This document shows positions 52,459 to 64,000 of a stretch of 64,000 bases of DNA, piece by piece (within the stretch, counting starts at the first letter, position 1; every line of letters starts with the position of its first letter). Source of the stretch: Octopus bimaculoides (Eukaryota); NCBI RefSeq assembly GCF_001194135.2, contig NC_068989.1, forward strand, positions 93,980,851 through 94,044,850, written 5' to 3'. A program made the position numbers and the translations under genes. A model generated the notes under the pieces. It ran no database searches. It saw nothing but the letters and a program-made list of their open reading frames with translations, and had not been told where the DNA came from.

Positions 52459-52562
52459 TAACAGAATGAGATAAAAATCCAAGGCTGTGAAAGATATGAG
52501 AACCTTTATAAATAGTAAGTCTGAAATCTTTCACAGCCTTGGATTTTTATCTCATTCTGTTA
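52459..52562. repeat. Perfect 37-bp inverted repeat with a 30-nt spacer
   Basis: 52459-52495 TAACAGAATGAGATAAAAATCCAAGGCTGTGAAAGAT is the exact reverse complement of 52526-52562. Confidence 0.95.
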
Positions 52563-52582
52563 TATATATATAGATATGGATA

Positions 52583-52624
<42 letters not shown>

Positions 52625-53554
52625 GAAATAATTGAGATTCAGTTGAATTAGGAACTTAAGCTGAAGCACGTTAGTGCGGTATTATCCGTACAACTCAAAG
52701 TATTTTGATTATATATATATATATATATATATATAAGGGAGAATGTACGAAAAAACAACAACAGACGAGGACAGGTGGTGTAAATAACAAAAGGATGTAT
52801 ATATATATATACTCTCTCTCTCTCTTTCTCTATAAGATTTGTTTTATTCCACATTTTCAAGATTATCTTATATACTGAATAACTTTTAATTTAAGAAAAT
52901 ATTTCTTCACACATACGCACACACATACATATCCACACATACACACACTGAAATGTATATGCTATATGTGTTTGTGTGTGTAGGCCGATTGACATACATA
53001 CAGGCAAACGTAGGTAATACTTTCACAGACATTAATAAGTTTACGTTGTGAAATATTTGCAAGATATTTCCTTATTTGTATACTCACACAGTTATTAATA
53101 CGGATTCAAACTAATGGCTTACTGTGGCAAAGCTGCAGTTTCTGTGTAATATTCCATTGGGACAAGCAGAGTGAAGTGCGCTGAAGTATACGATAATTGC
53201 AACGATAAAGAACTCATCTACTTAAAGGTTTAAAAGTCTGGGGTACAAGGAATGTGAAATTTCTGTTAATTTAGATTGAACAGTCGTCCTGCAGCTGTTT
53301 TCTTTCCTTTCAAATGCCTTTTGAGTGGCATGGTCTCTTAGAAACAGAAAACTAGGTTAAGAGTTCAGAAAAAACAAGTTTTAGACACACATAACTTAAT
53401 ATACGATCCGAGCTGTATTAACATATAACACATAAAAACTTATACATTTACACATATATATATATACATACTTAAAAGACAGCAGCATGAGAGAAATTAA
53501 ATNNNNNNNNNNTTATTTCATAAAAGTATAACACTTTAAGTGCAATAACCTCTT

Positions 53555-53591
<37 letters not shown>

Positions 53592-53794
53592 AATACACAC
53601 ACATATATGTAGATATGTGTCTGTGTGTGTATGTTTATTCAATATACATGTACATGTATATAAACATATAACTGCTTACATATACATACATATATATAAA
53701 CATATAGAAACACACACATATCGCTATAAAGATGATTATTTTTCTCTTTTACAAACAATAATCTCAGAGGCTTCACTCCAGGGGCACTACGTCA

Positions 53795-53859
<65 letters not shown>

Positions 53860-53950
53860 CAGCGGACATACACACACACATATATTTACATATGTACCGA
53901 TGAATATATGCATATGCATATCTATACATATATGTATGTGTGTGTGTATG

Positions 53951-53983
<33 letters not shown>

Positions 53984-54726
53984 TTATACACACAAATGTT
54001 TATACACAATCTGCACACTCCTATATATGTGTATATATATTCTCATATATATTACATGTTTAATATATTTGCACCATATAAAACATTATACAGGCTTAAA
54101 ACCATATTTAATGTATCATTTAGTTTACAATAGATTGAAGAACACCAATATATTCTCCGGGAAAACATTTTCCGTTTTATGTTCCTCTGTTGATAATACA
54201 CTCGCTCTTCTACTCAAACTATCTGGATTAACGTGTGTTCCATGTCACTGAAGACGCTAGATATATTCCACACATATTTATACGCCTAAATGTTACATGC
54301 TCTGTTGCTCTTCCGAGTAAATGAACCATTTTGTTTTCATATGTTCTTACATGTATTTTGCCTTTGTATAAAATAGTAGTGACATAATGTTCTCTAGAAC
54401 ACAAGAAATTTTGAATGACTCCTCTTTTATGATCGATTCTATATAGGTTCCCTTATATTACATCTACTACTAAGGCGAAAATCAATGTTATTAAATTGTC
54501 TTCATTTGAGGATAGGCTTCTGTGAAAATACGCTTTGATATTACGATGGATATGTTAAAAAATAAACTATACAGGGGAGGTCCAAGAGAAAAGGCTGTAA
54601 AGAATTTGATAAAGTGGTTCCTTTACAAATGTTTACAGGATGTCTCAAAAAATTTACGTCAAATTTCTGGCTATTTATATTACCTTATCAGTTTTAATTC
54701 AGTATCAATACAGAACTATCTATATA

Positions 54727-55265
54727 CAGGGTTATTCAAAAAGAATGAACCGATTTCATTCCGCTATAATTTAATAAGGAAAAGCAATAGAAAACTCCAG
54801 CTACGTCACACGTATTTACTCACAATCAACTTTTATTTCCTGTCTCACAAGTGATCAATGTGGCCACCACCTGCAACATCAATGCGATGAGAGAATTACT
54901 CCCGGACGCGTATCAGCGTATCATGATCCACTAAGCGCTTCGTTGGCTGTCTGGTTGAACGCTTTATTGAAGTTTTCCAGTTCTCTACTATGACAATATT
55001 TTCTGGAATCGCCTCAAGCAAAGCAAATTTATTCTTTACTTCCATAATGAACTTGCTTTTGATAGGCTGATACGCGTCTCGAAGGAATTCTCTTATCGCA
55101 CTGATGTTGCTCGTGCTGCAGGTGGTGAGCACATTGAACAATTATAGGACAGAAAATAAAAGTTGATTGCGAGTAAATAATTGTGATTTAGCTGGAGTTT
55201 TCTATTGCTTTTCCCTATAAAAATATTGCGTAATTAAATCGGTTAATTTTTTTCGAATAACCCAG
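54727..55265. mobile_element. Tc1/mariner-derived foldback MITE with long imperfect arms and TA TSD
   Basis: TA|CAGGGTTATTCAAAAAGAATGAACCGATTT ... AAATCGGTTAATTTTTTTCGAATAACCCAG|TA; arm similarity extends ~190 bp. Confidence 0.85.
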
Positions 55266-55275
55266 TATATGAATA

Positions 55276-56777
55276 TCTATCTATATATATAAAAATGAGA
55301 ATGTGTGTCTGTCTGTCTGTGTGTGTGTGTGTGCGAATCCCTAAAACTCGAGAACTACGCAACCAATTTCATTCAAATTTTACACATGCCTTACTTAGGG
55401 TTCCAGTTGTGTTTTAGTCAAAAAAAATTATTAACTTCTTGCAGAGTTCGAGCACACGGCAACATAATATCTCCTCCACTATTTACGTATTACGTGTCAA
55501 AAGTGAAATAAAAACACTCATGTCAAATACTTTCACTTTAAAAATGAAACTATTCCACTAACTGAAACAATCGCATTTCGATACTGTAGTGACAGATACN
55601 NNNNNNNNNNNNNNNNNNNNNNNNNNNNNNNNNNNNNNNNNNNNNNNNNNNNNNNNNNNNNNNNNNNNNNNNNNNNNNNNNNNNNNNNNNNNNNNNNNNN
55701 NNNNNNNNNNNNNNNNNNNNNNNNNNNNNNNNNNNNNNNNNNNNNNNNNNNNNNNNNNNNNNNNNNNNNNNNNNNNNNNNNNNNNNNNNNNNNNNNNNNN
55801 NNNNNNNNNNNNNNNNNNNNNNNNNNNNNNNNNNNNNNNNNNNNNNNNNNNNNNNNNNNNNNNNNNNNNNNNNNNNNNNNNNNNNNNNNNNNNNNNNNNN
55901 NNNNNNNNNNNNNNNNNNNNNNNNNNNNNNNNNNNNNNNNNNNNNNNNNNNNNNNNNNNNNNNNNNNNNNNNNNNNNNNNNNNNNNNNNNNNNNNNNNNN
56001 NNNNNNNNNNNNNNNNNNNNNNNNNNNNNNNNNNNNNNNNNNNNNNNNNNNNNNNNNNNNNNNNNNNNNNNNNNNNNNNNNNNNNNNNNNNNNNNNNNNN
56101 NNNNNNNNNNNNNNNNNNNNNNNNNNNNNNNNNNNNNNNNNNNNNNNNNNNNNNNNNNNNNNNNNNNNNNNNNNNNNNNNNNNNNNNNNNNNNNNNNNNN
56201 NNNNNNNNNNNNNNNNNNNNNNNNNNNNNNNNNNNNNNNNNNNNNNNNNNNNNNNNNNNNNNNNNNNNNNNNNNNNNNNNNNNNNNNNNNNNNNNNNNNN
56301 NNNNNNNNNNNNNNNNNNNNNNNNNNNNNNNNNNNNNNNNNNNNNNNNNNNNNNNNNNNNNNNNNNNNNNNNNNNNNNNNNNNNNNNNNNNNNNNNNNNN
56401 NNNNNNNNNNNNNNNNNNNNNNNNNNNNNNNNNNNNNNNNNNNNNNNNNNNNNNNNNNNATGGACAACTGTATGTTGGCTGCTCAAGAGTGAGCAGCAAC
56501 AAAAAACCTATTTGTATATGCTCCACAAGGGAAAACAAGGAACATAGTTTACAATGAGGTGTTATAATCACAACAGCAAGAAAGTATGTACATGATCACC
56601 TTCTTTTACGAAACTTCATTGACTTTCATATATTTATATTGATATACATATATATACGTGTGTTTAGGTGCGTTTGTGTATATATATCTCTATATATAAA
56701 GATGATGCGTAGTCTAGACGGCGTTTATAGATTTCATTATTCTCTTTAACCCGGGCAACGCCGGGTATTTCTGCTAG
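55276..56777 (+). mobile_element. Helitron (probably non-autonomous), spanning a gap
   Basis: 5' A|TCTAT(C)TATATATAAAA start, helicase C-terminal fragment, 3' hairpin ACCCGG-GCAACG-CCGGGT (56749-56766), then CTAG|T (56774-56777). Confidence 0.8.
56460..56567 (+). pseudogene. Helitron RepHel PIF1-like helicase C-terminus (one frameshift in an A run)
   Basis: GQLYVGCSRVSSN-K-NLFVYAPQGKTRNIVYNEVL*, matching the HGQLYVA.SRV...T.NIVY.EVL end of Helitron helicases. Confidence 0.88.
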
Positions 56778-56944
56778 TATATATATATATAAATGAGACC
56801 TGAACATCAGCATGTGTACTGGTGCATCATTTAACATGCATGTTGTCAAGTTGACAGCAAAGTGCAGACAACTGGCGGGGTGGAGACTGAGGACATTCAG
56901 AACAAGGGTTCAAAAAGTCATGCTGACTCTATGGAAGACATTTA

Positions 56945-57058
56945 TTTTGATGAAAGTCAAAGTCGATCTCAGTGGATTTTGAACTCAGAAGATAAATACA
57001 GACGAAATCCCGCTAAGAATTTTGCCCGGCGTGCAAACGATTTTGCCAGCTCGCCACC
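56945..57058 (-). mobile_element. SINE family A
   Basis: Reverse complement GGTGGCGAGCTGGCAAAATCGTTTGCACGCCGGGC..CTGAGTTCAAAATCC..GATCGACTTTG. Confidence 0.8.
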
Positions 57059-57089
57059 TCTGTTATACATATATATATATATACACATA

Positions 57090-57166
<77 letters not shown>

Positions 57167-57176
57167 NNNNNNNNNN

Positions 57177-57239
<63 letters not shown>

Positions 57240-57349
57240 TATTAGAGGCAGCTCGGAACCGCTAATTTACAAGAATAGACACAGGCACACCTGCACACAC
57301 ACATGTACGACAACGATATTTTCAGTTTCATTTACTAAAGCAATTAAAA

Positions 57350-57460
57350 GTCTTTAGTCACCCCGAGGGTATAGCAGAAGACACTTGTGCAAAATGCTAC
57401 GCAATGGGACTGAACTTGGAAGTATGTGATTGGAATGCAAACGTCTTACCGCACAGCCAT
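57350..57460 (-). mobile_element. SINE family D
   Basis: Reverse complement TGGCTGTGCGGTAAGA..CAAGTTCAGTCCCATTGCG..CAAGTGTCTTCTGCTATAC. Confidence 0.7.
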
Positions 57461-58518
57461 TCCATCGTCTATACATGTTCCTTACTTTTCTTATATGTAT
57501 TTTATAATATGAAAGAAATATTATTATCACCACTTATAATATATCTAACTCTTCAATCAACGACGACATGACTTATTGTATTTGAGCGCGTGCTCTCGAC
57601 ACTGTCTCTCGCATTATGTTGTTTTGTACTTTTTCAATTTCAAAGGATTAATGAGTCGTCTGGTATAACCGTCCTTATATTGTATACTTCATGAACTGCG
57701 GAGACTTGTGCGAAAATGTTAGAAAAAATTGCATTTAACTTTCATTTTTCTGCACAATGAAGTATCCATAGATTTCTCGTATAGCTAAATCAGTTGTTTT
57801 GGTATCAAATTATTCTCAACAGTGTCTGTATTACGAATGAAATTGTTCCAAATTACAATTTAAATTATGTCACGAATTCAATTTTGGGAAAATACTGCAG
57901 ACACTATCACACTAGTCACAATGTAGCCACTAATGACTTCAACACATCACTTCAAGTACTCGTTAGATAGCACTTACATTCATATTTTATTAAACCCAAA
58001 ACGACAGATAAGGCAATTACCACGTTATTCTACTCACACAGATACATTTTACTTACCATTCTCATACGCCTACACCATCGCTTTCTTATCACCTATATAA
58101 CATCTTCTGTTGAATTATTCGTTGATATTTATGTTCACAGCTATGTTACATTTACGTGTAATAAAACCCTCATAGATTTCTTTTCATGTAATGGTGTTCA
58201 TGTAATTATATAGACGACTATTTTCAATTGTTATTAATGTGAAATTTTCCACTAGCTTTATATTAAGCTACAGTAACACATACTTGAACAATCAGAAATG
58301 TTTCCAGTTAATCTATAATCGATATCAAAACCTCTGACATTCGTATTTTAGCTTAGATGAATAATTATTGATTTAATAGGGCCAATCAATAGTTCGCAAT
58401 ATTTACTGAAAAGTTTTTGAAAAAATTGATTTGAAGAAACATACTCCAACTCATTTCGATTAGCGTATTCTCTCTATATTTCTCTTCTTATATAGTGATA
58501 TATGTGTGTGTGTCTCTG

Positions 58519-58565
<47 letters not shown>

Positions 58566-58618
58566 GTGTATATATAATATATGTACATATATATATGATT
58601 ATATACACATATGTATGC

Positions 58619-58659
<41 letters not shown>

Positions 58660-58664
<5 letters not shown>

Positions 58665-58747
58665 AGAGATTTCACAAAAGACGAAGACCGCTGGTGTAGA
58701 CAACAAACAGATGTATTAGTATAACGCTCGGGAAGTGAAAAGTCTTT
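58660..58747 (-). repeat. Repeat family F, truncated just before the hammerhead-like motif
   Basis: AAAAGACGAAGAC..ACAACAAACAGATGTATTAGTATAACGCTCGGGAAGTGAAAAGTCTTT; partial relatives at ~31680-31740 and ~52735-52800. Confidence 0.7.
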
Positions 58748-59369
58748 AGTGTGTACATATATATGTACATACACACATGAGGTTATATGCATATTCTTGT
58801 ATATGCATACACATAATATTAAATTACAACCGTCAATCATACGAGCCCTTGGTATTAGCGTTCACTAAATGTTTTAGGGTCACATATGGTCGCGAACGGA
58901 CTCAGACCGACTCGCGCCCCTCGAAATTTTGAGTCAGTGTATTAACATGCGATAGGCGTCGAGAGATAGGGATTCACCACAATGGACTCTTAATGTTATT
59001 CTCTTCATCTTGAAGATATAAAAAAGAAAAGCGACCGCGTCGGTCTGTTTATATAGCTCGGTGACCTGAAAGAAATATCCGCAATTCATTGAATACAGTG
59101 CTCTGGTGTCTGAAATATTAGACTGCTGTACTCATGCATGCATACACACATAGTAGTCTAAAGTATATAAAGATAGAATATAAATTATTAGCTGATGTGC
59201 AATAAATCTGTACAAATAGAATACATTCAGATTATGTAATAAAAGCAGCTCCATTGTGTAAAATTATCAATTAACCACTTAAGTGTGTTGTCAAAACCTC
59301 AGAAGCGGCTATTTTTCATCCGGAAAAATTCCCTTCAAAGACGTTTAGTGTTTAAAAAAACCCACAGTA

Positions 59370-60165
59370 CAGGATGCGATTGATAAATTGTCGCATTTAT
59401 ATATATTTAATTTCGCGCATGCACATTGTTTCCGATTTTCTTTTTGCCTACACAGTATAGTAGGGTCAGTTGGGCACTGTCTGTGAGAAAAACAGCATCA
59501 TGATGCAATTCATTCTGTCAGAAATTTGGAAACGACATGCTGTACCGCTTGGTATTCGTGCTGGAAGCTCCAATACGAAGAGATTGTGAACACAGAACAA
59601 CCGTTGTCTTGCAGTGTCCCAAAAACATGTACCGAGAGTGATAAAGCTCAAACATCCAGTCAACATCATGGTGTTTGGAGTGATTACTAGTGATGGCGAC
59701 GTTATGCCTCCATTCATCTTCCCACACGGCCTCAGACTAAACACGGAGGCTTATATCAAGTGCCTGGAGGAGGTAATGCTGCCCTATGTCAAGAGGGTGG
59801 CTACTGGAAGTCCCTGTTTGACAACAGGACTCTGCACCATGATGCATAAGTAGGAGAACCCAGTCATGGCTGTTTGACAATTTCTGCGACCACATCAGCC
59901 CTAACATCTGGCCACCTAACGCCCCAGACTGCAACCTCTTTGATTATTATGTGCGGGACGCAGTTGAGCTGGAGACCAAAGAAAAAAAGAGTCCTTGGAA
60001 CACCAAAGATGAACTGAAGGCAAGGATTATGGCAGCATTCACCAACTTAAAAAAGGAGACCGCCCAAAAGAGTTTCAGGTGATTCTGAAACCATGGTTGA
60101 AGTCAATGGTGAATTTATTGAATAGATGTACTCGTTTGTATTTCAAGATATTTTTACCGAAATTT
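59370..60165 (+). mobile_element. Mariner-like (DD..D, maT/rosa-type) transposon with internal deletion and decayed transposase
   Basis: TA|CAGGATGCG terminus; KHPVNIMVFGVITSDGDVMPPFIFPHGLRLNTEAYIKCLEEV; QDSAP; WPPNAPDCNLFDYY. Confidence 0.88.
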
Positions 60166-60540
60166 AGAAATTGCAGTCAAGCTACTAATTCTTCTACTAC
60201 TATATATCTCCACAGACAGTAATACTCGAAACTTACATAGGCAAAAAGAAGAAAAAACAACGAAACCATCCAGTCTTGTCTCCTGATCGAGCGTGCATAG
60301 GTTTACCGATAATGGGGTTTTTTTCCATACCGAACCACTTCGTAAAAAAATTATTAATTATTAAATTTATAATTTTTTACCCTTATATATATCTATATAT
60401 GCACACATATATTGGAAAATAATGCATCTACAAATGCAATACCCCTACCTGCATATCTCACCTCTATTTTCATTCCACCACTTCTCTCTCTATTTCACAT
60501 CTTATCTAAATTAACTATTGCTTAATCATTTTCTCACACC

Positions 60541-60590
60541 GTCTCCGATGAAGGGATATAAAAAAATAATCCGGGAAACAGCTGTAAGCC
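60541..60590 (+). ncRNA. Minimal type-I hammerhead-like motif (PLE-terminus type)
   Basis: GTCT-CCGATGA-A-GGAT..ATCC-GG-GAAA-CAGCTG-TA-AGCC; U4 changed to C, palindromic ACAGCUGU stem III shared with 28607-28673. Confidence 0.55.
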
Positions 60591-60910
60591 CTTCTATTTA
60601 TAAATGTTTTAAAATCTTCAAGGCCTTGGTTTTTTTATCTCATTCTAAAAAAAAATATATGTATATACGGACACACACACATCTCTCTCTCTCNNNNNNN
60701 NNNNNNNNNNNNNNNNNNNNNNNNNNNNNNNNNNNNNNNNNNNNNNNNNNNNNNNNNNNNNNNNNNNNNNNNNNNNNNNNNNNNNNNNNNNNNNNNNNNN
60801 NNNNNNNNNNNNNNNNNNNNNNNNNNNNNNNNNNNNNNNNNNNNNNNNNNNNNNNNNNNNNNNNNNNNNNNNNNNNNNNNNNNNNNNNNNNNNNNNNNNN
60901 NNNNNNNNNN

Positions 60911-60985
<75 letters not shown>

Positions 60986-63104
60986 TATATTGTCAATTAT
61001 CTGTCCGTGTTGACAAATAGTAATTGAGACAAACTAAATTCGTCAATTTCTCACGTTTATTTGTGGAACTGTTAGACACCTCCAACAGCTTTATACCGCT
61101 GCAACATAGACACAGTAATGATTAAATCATACTTTTTATGTCTCTTTTTCCCAAGAAGAACAAATGAAATTTCAAAAATGTGCTCTCTCTGACAATTGTA
61201 CCTGTAATCTTTCCTGTTTATTGAATTATATGAAATGACACTTCTAAATACTTCTACGCTCAGATAACAGGAAACGCCAAAGTACGAGGAATAAAAGAAA
61301 TCGTATAAAACCCGGCATCCTAATAAAACCACTAAACTGACAACCTGGGATATGAATCGCTTAGAATCTTAACGAATCCCTTATAGAATCTCTTAGAAAT
61401 CGTCAATATTACAACAAGCATCGAATGAATTCGTAATTCTTAGTATTTGGTCTCCTGTCTCCGAAATAACCCCCCTCTTCAACAAAGACATGACGGCCAC
61501 TTGACTTAGCAATCCCAAGTGTCGATATACTTTTCCAAATACATTTGAATAATAACGCAACATCTGGAAGTGTAGATAATCTGAATTTTTGCATAAAATT
61601 TACAATCGATCTCAATATTTCGTGCGTTAATGAAGTTAAAAAAATATGCAAATTTCTAACCAAATTCCCTGGACTCATATATATATATATTCAAGACCTA
61701 TTATAAAAAGTGTTACTTTGTACTGTGTATAAAATACTTGTATTCAAAACAACAAATAAATAGTGGAATGTAGGCAAAGTAGACAGAGACAACTTGTCTT
61801 GAATCTATGTTTGTTGTATTGTTTCCCTTTCTCCTAAGCTAACACAATAGTACAAGCATTACACAAATCTTGGTTCTATGAAAGCTATTTGTAATCTCCT
61901 GTGAAAAGAACGTACATATTATGAATGTTACGTCCCTTAATATTATGCATTAATATCAAACCAAAATTCTACGTTTCTACAAATGATGGCTTCATATTAG
62001 AACTCAGGTGTGTTGGATTTCTTAATAAAGTCAGACAATTTTGAGGTACCGGAAGTCGACGGTCATCTGTCAATGGATAAGGACAACGATCTCAATTAAT
62101 AGCTTAACAATTATGAGTTTGAATATAAGGCGGGGGGGGGGGGCAAAGGAACGTTCGGAACAGTGTGAGTGAATTGCTGTATAAGTTTTGAATGAATAAA
62201 GGCCTTAACTTATGGCTTCGAGGAATTCTTTGAAATGGCGAATGCATGGAATTACTTGCTCAAGCATTGGCCGGGGGTCGTGCAGGTAAGTGCTGTTGGG
62301 GTTTGTGTCATATAAATGGATTTTCAGCTATGTGGATCATAAATGGTAAACCATGATGGCATTTGACTGTCGCTTATAACATATGGGCTGCGTTGTTTTA
62401 ATAGGTGTGTAAGAATGTCCTGATAAGCAGTTACTGAGGTATCAGTGCTTGTTTTCCAATGGTTTAAAGAGAATGAGCGTCGCTCCTCGAAAATAATATT
62501 TGTGCATAAACAAGCGCAGCATTTATAAACCGCTGAAAGAAAGGCACACTCCTGGAAAGTTCTGTTCAGTTATGAGTATTTCAGTTTCACTCAAATGACA
62601 TTAATCGCCACGAAGTCATAAAGACGTTTGCAAAGGATAAAATATGCCAACCATTGGGACTGAATCTGTTATTTGTGAGAGTGAAACGAAATATGAATTC
62701 CACGTTCCTGTCTGGCTACAATGAATTCACGGTTCTATCAATTTCATTAGTGTCTTAATAACAACGCATGAGATCCCAAGAAAATCGAAGGTACTTTCAT
62801 TCATTATCTTCGCAGAAGCTAAACTTACGTTGCTGGAAGAATGCAATATATCAACAAGACAAAAAATGTATTCTTATTAACGAAATAATCGCGAACCGAC
62901 AACTCGTTCAGTTTTGTAGCTCAATAAATCTGCTTTAGTTTTAATATTTGTTACTAAATTGAAAAAAAACCCCCATAAAATAAGGTTTTATTACAGAAAG
63001 TAGATGAAGCGACAGTAGAACATTTAAAATGAAAGAGTAGTAATACTACTAGCATCAATGAAAAGTATCGATCTATCTATCTATTCATATATAAATACAC
63101 ACAC

Positions 63105-63154
<50 letters not shown>

Positions 63155-63720
63155 GGGAGATAAAAAGATATATATATATATATATATATATACGGATATA
63201 TGTATATATATATATATATATAGAATGTGTATGAGAGAGAGGGGGGAAGAAAGAGAGGGTGCCGAGGAAAGAGATAGGAAGATTCGAGAATGCTAGCGAG
63301 AATATATATTGCGATAATAATTTAGAAGAATATTACAGTCCATACAAAATTTGGAAATAGAGGTTTGTGACATTCTGCAGAAGTGTAACCTTTCTTAATA
63401 GGTATTCGTTTACATGGAATAATCAATAGCAACACTGGCCTATTCCCGGTTCCATTTTCACAGGATGTTTGGCAGTTATATAGAAATACGGAAATAACTG
63501 CTCATGAAACAAACGCAAACTGCACACCAACTTGCTGTATGTCCTTCTTGTCAATTTACTTCGTAACTAGAAGTAAAGCACGTAACCTATTCATCGTTTC
63601 TCCCAACATCTTATATCTATATTTACACATATTCGCAGCCAGAGACACTGCGTAACTTACATACATATGCATTTGTAAGTATACACCGGCATACATGTGT
63701 GTGTGCGTGTGTGTCTGAAT

Positions 63721-63814
63721 GGCTGTGTGGTAAGTAGCTTGCCTACCAAACGCATGGTCTCGGATCCAGTCCCACTGCGTGGATTTGGTAGACGGAGTCT
63801 GAAAGAAGCCCGCC

Positions 63815-63815
<1 letters not shown>
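63721..63815 (+). mobile_element. SINE family D, internally deleted
   Basis: GGCTGTGTGGTAAG..GATCCAGTCCCACTGCGTGG joined directly to ATTTGGTAGACGGA..GAAAGAAGCCCG; the middle segment seen in other copies is missing. Confidence 0.75.
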
Positions 63816-63852
<37 letters not shown>

Positions 63853-64000
63853 TAAGGTTTTTAAACTTTTAAATTTTCATATTCAAAAGAGACAGAGACT
63901 TCAAATTCGATATATCGATTTATTCACCACTCTATGTTAACATTCTCTATGTTAACATACTCTTCTCTAAAGATAAATTAATTAATAAAGTAAAGAATAA

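Noticed and set aside
58874-59070. Partial inverted repeat (GGTCAC/GTGACC, CAGACCGAC/GTCGGTCTG)
   Set aside because: Arms too short and discontinuous to call a MITE with confidence
61409-61678. 89-aa minus-strand ORF with ordinary composition
   Set aside because: No recognisable domain or splice context; length is within chance expectation
62020-62470. G/T-rich segment possibly from a PLE RT N-terminal region (minus strand)
   Set aside because: Similar composition to 20600-21170 but no readable conserved motif

Overview
AT-rich, repeat-dense eukaryotic (animal) DNA from a gapped short-read draft assembly. There are ten N-gaps, nearly all flanked by (TA)n/(CA)n/(CT)n microsatellites, and one carries a leftover Illumina adapter end. 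The SINE families and microsatellite load resemble octopus/cephalopod DNA; this is my inference from recognition, not a search. I found no host protein-coding gene, rRNA or true tRNA. Almost all ORFs in the track are microsatellite or gap artefacts, or pieces of decayed transposons. The window reads as intergenic or intronic TE debris. It contains at least three Penelope-like element (PLE) remnants (one with RT plus GIY-YIG at 28.9-31.1 kb), two restriction-like-endonuclease (RLE) LINEs (R4/Dong-like and HERO-like), a CR1/L2 RT fragment, several Tc1/mariner remnants and MITEs, a Helitron with helicase C-terminus and 3' hairpin-CTAG, a ~370-bp tandem array, and many tRNA-derived SINEs. The most interesting unannotated signal is eight hammerhead-ribozyme-like motifs on both strands, mostly linked to PLE-type termini, including a family that repeatedly has U at core position 6. 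All motifs deviate from the canonical fold, and I see no convincing evidence of a novel protein-based system.
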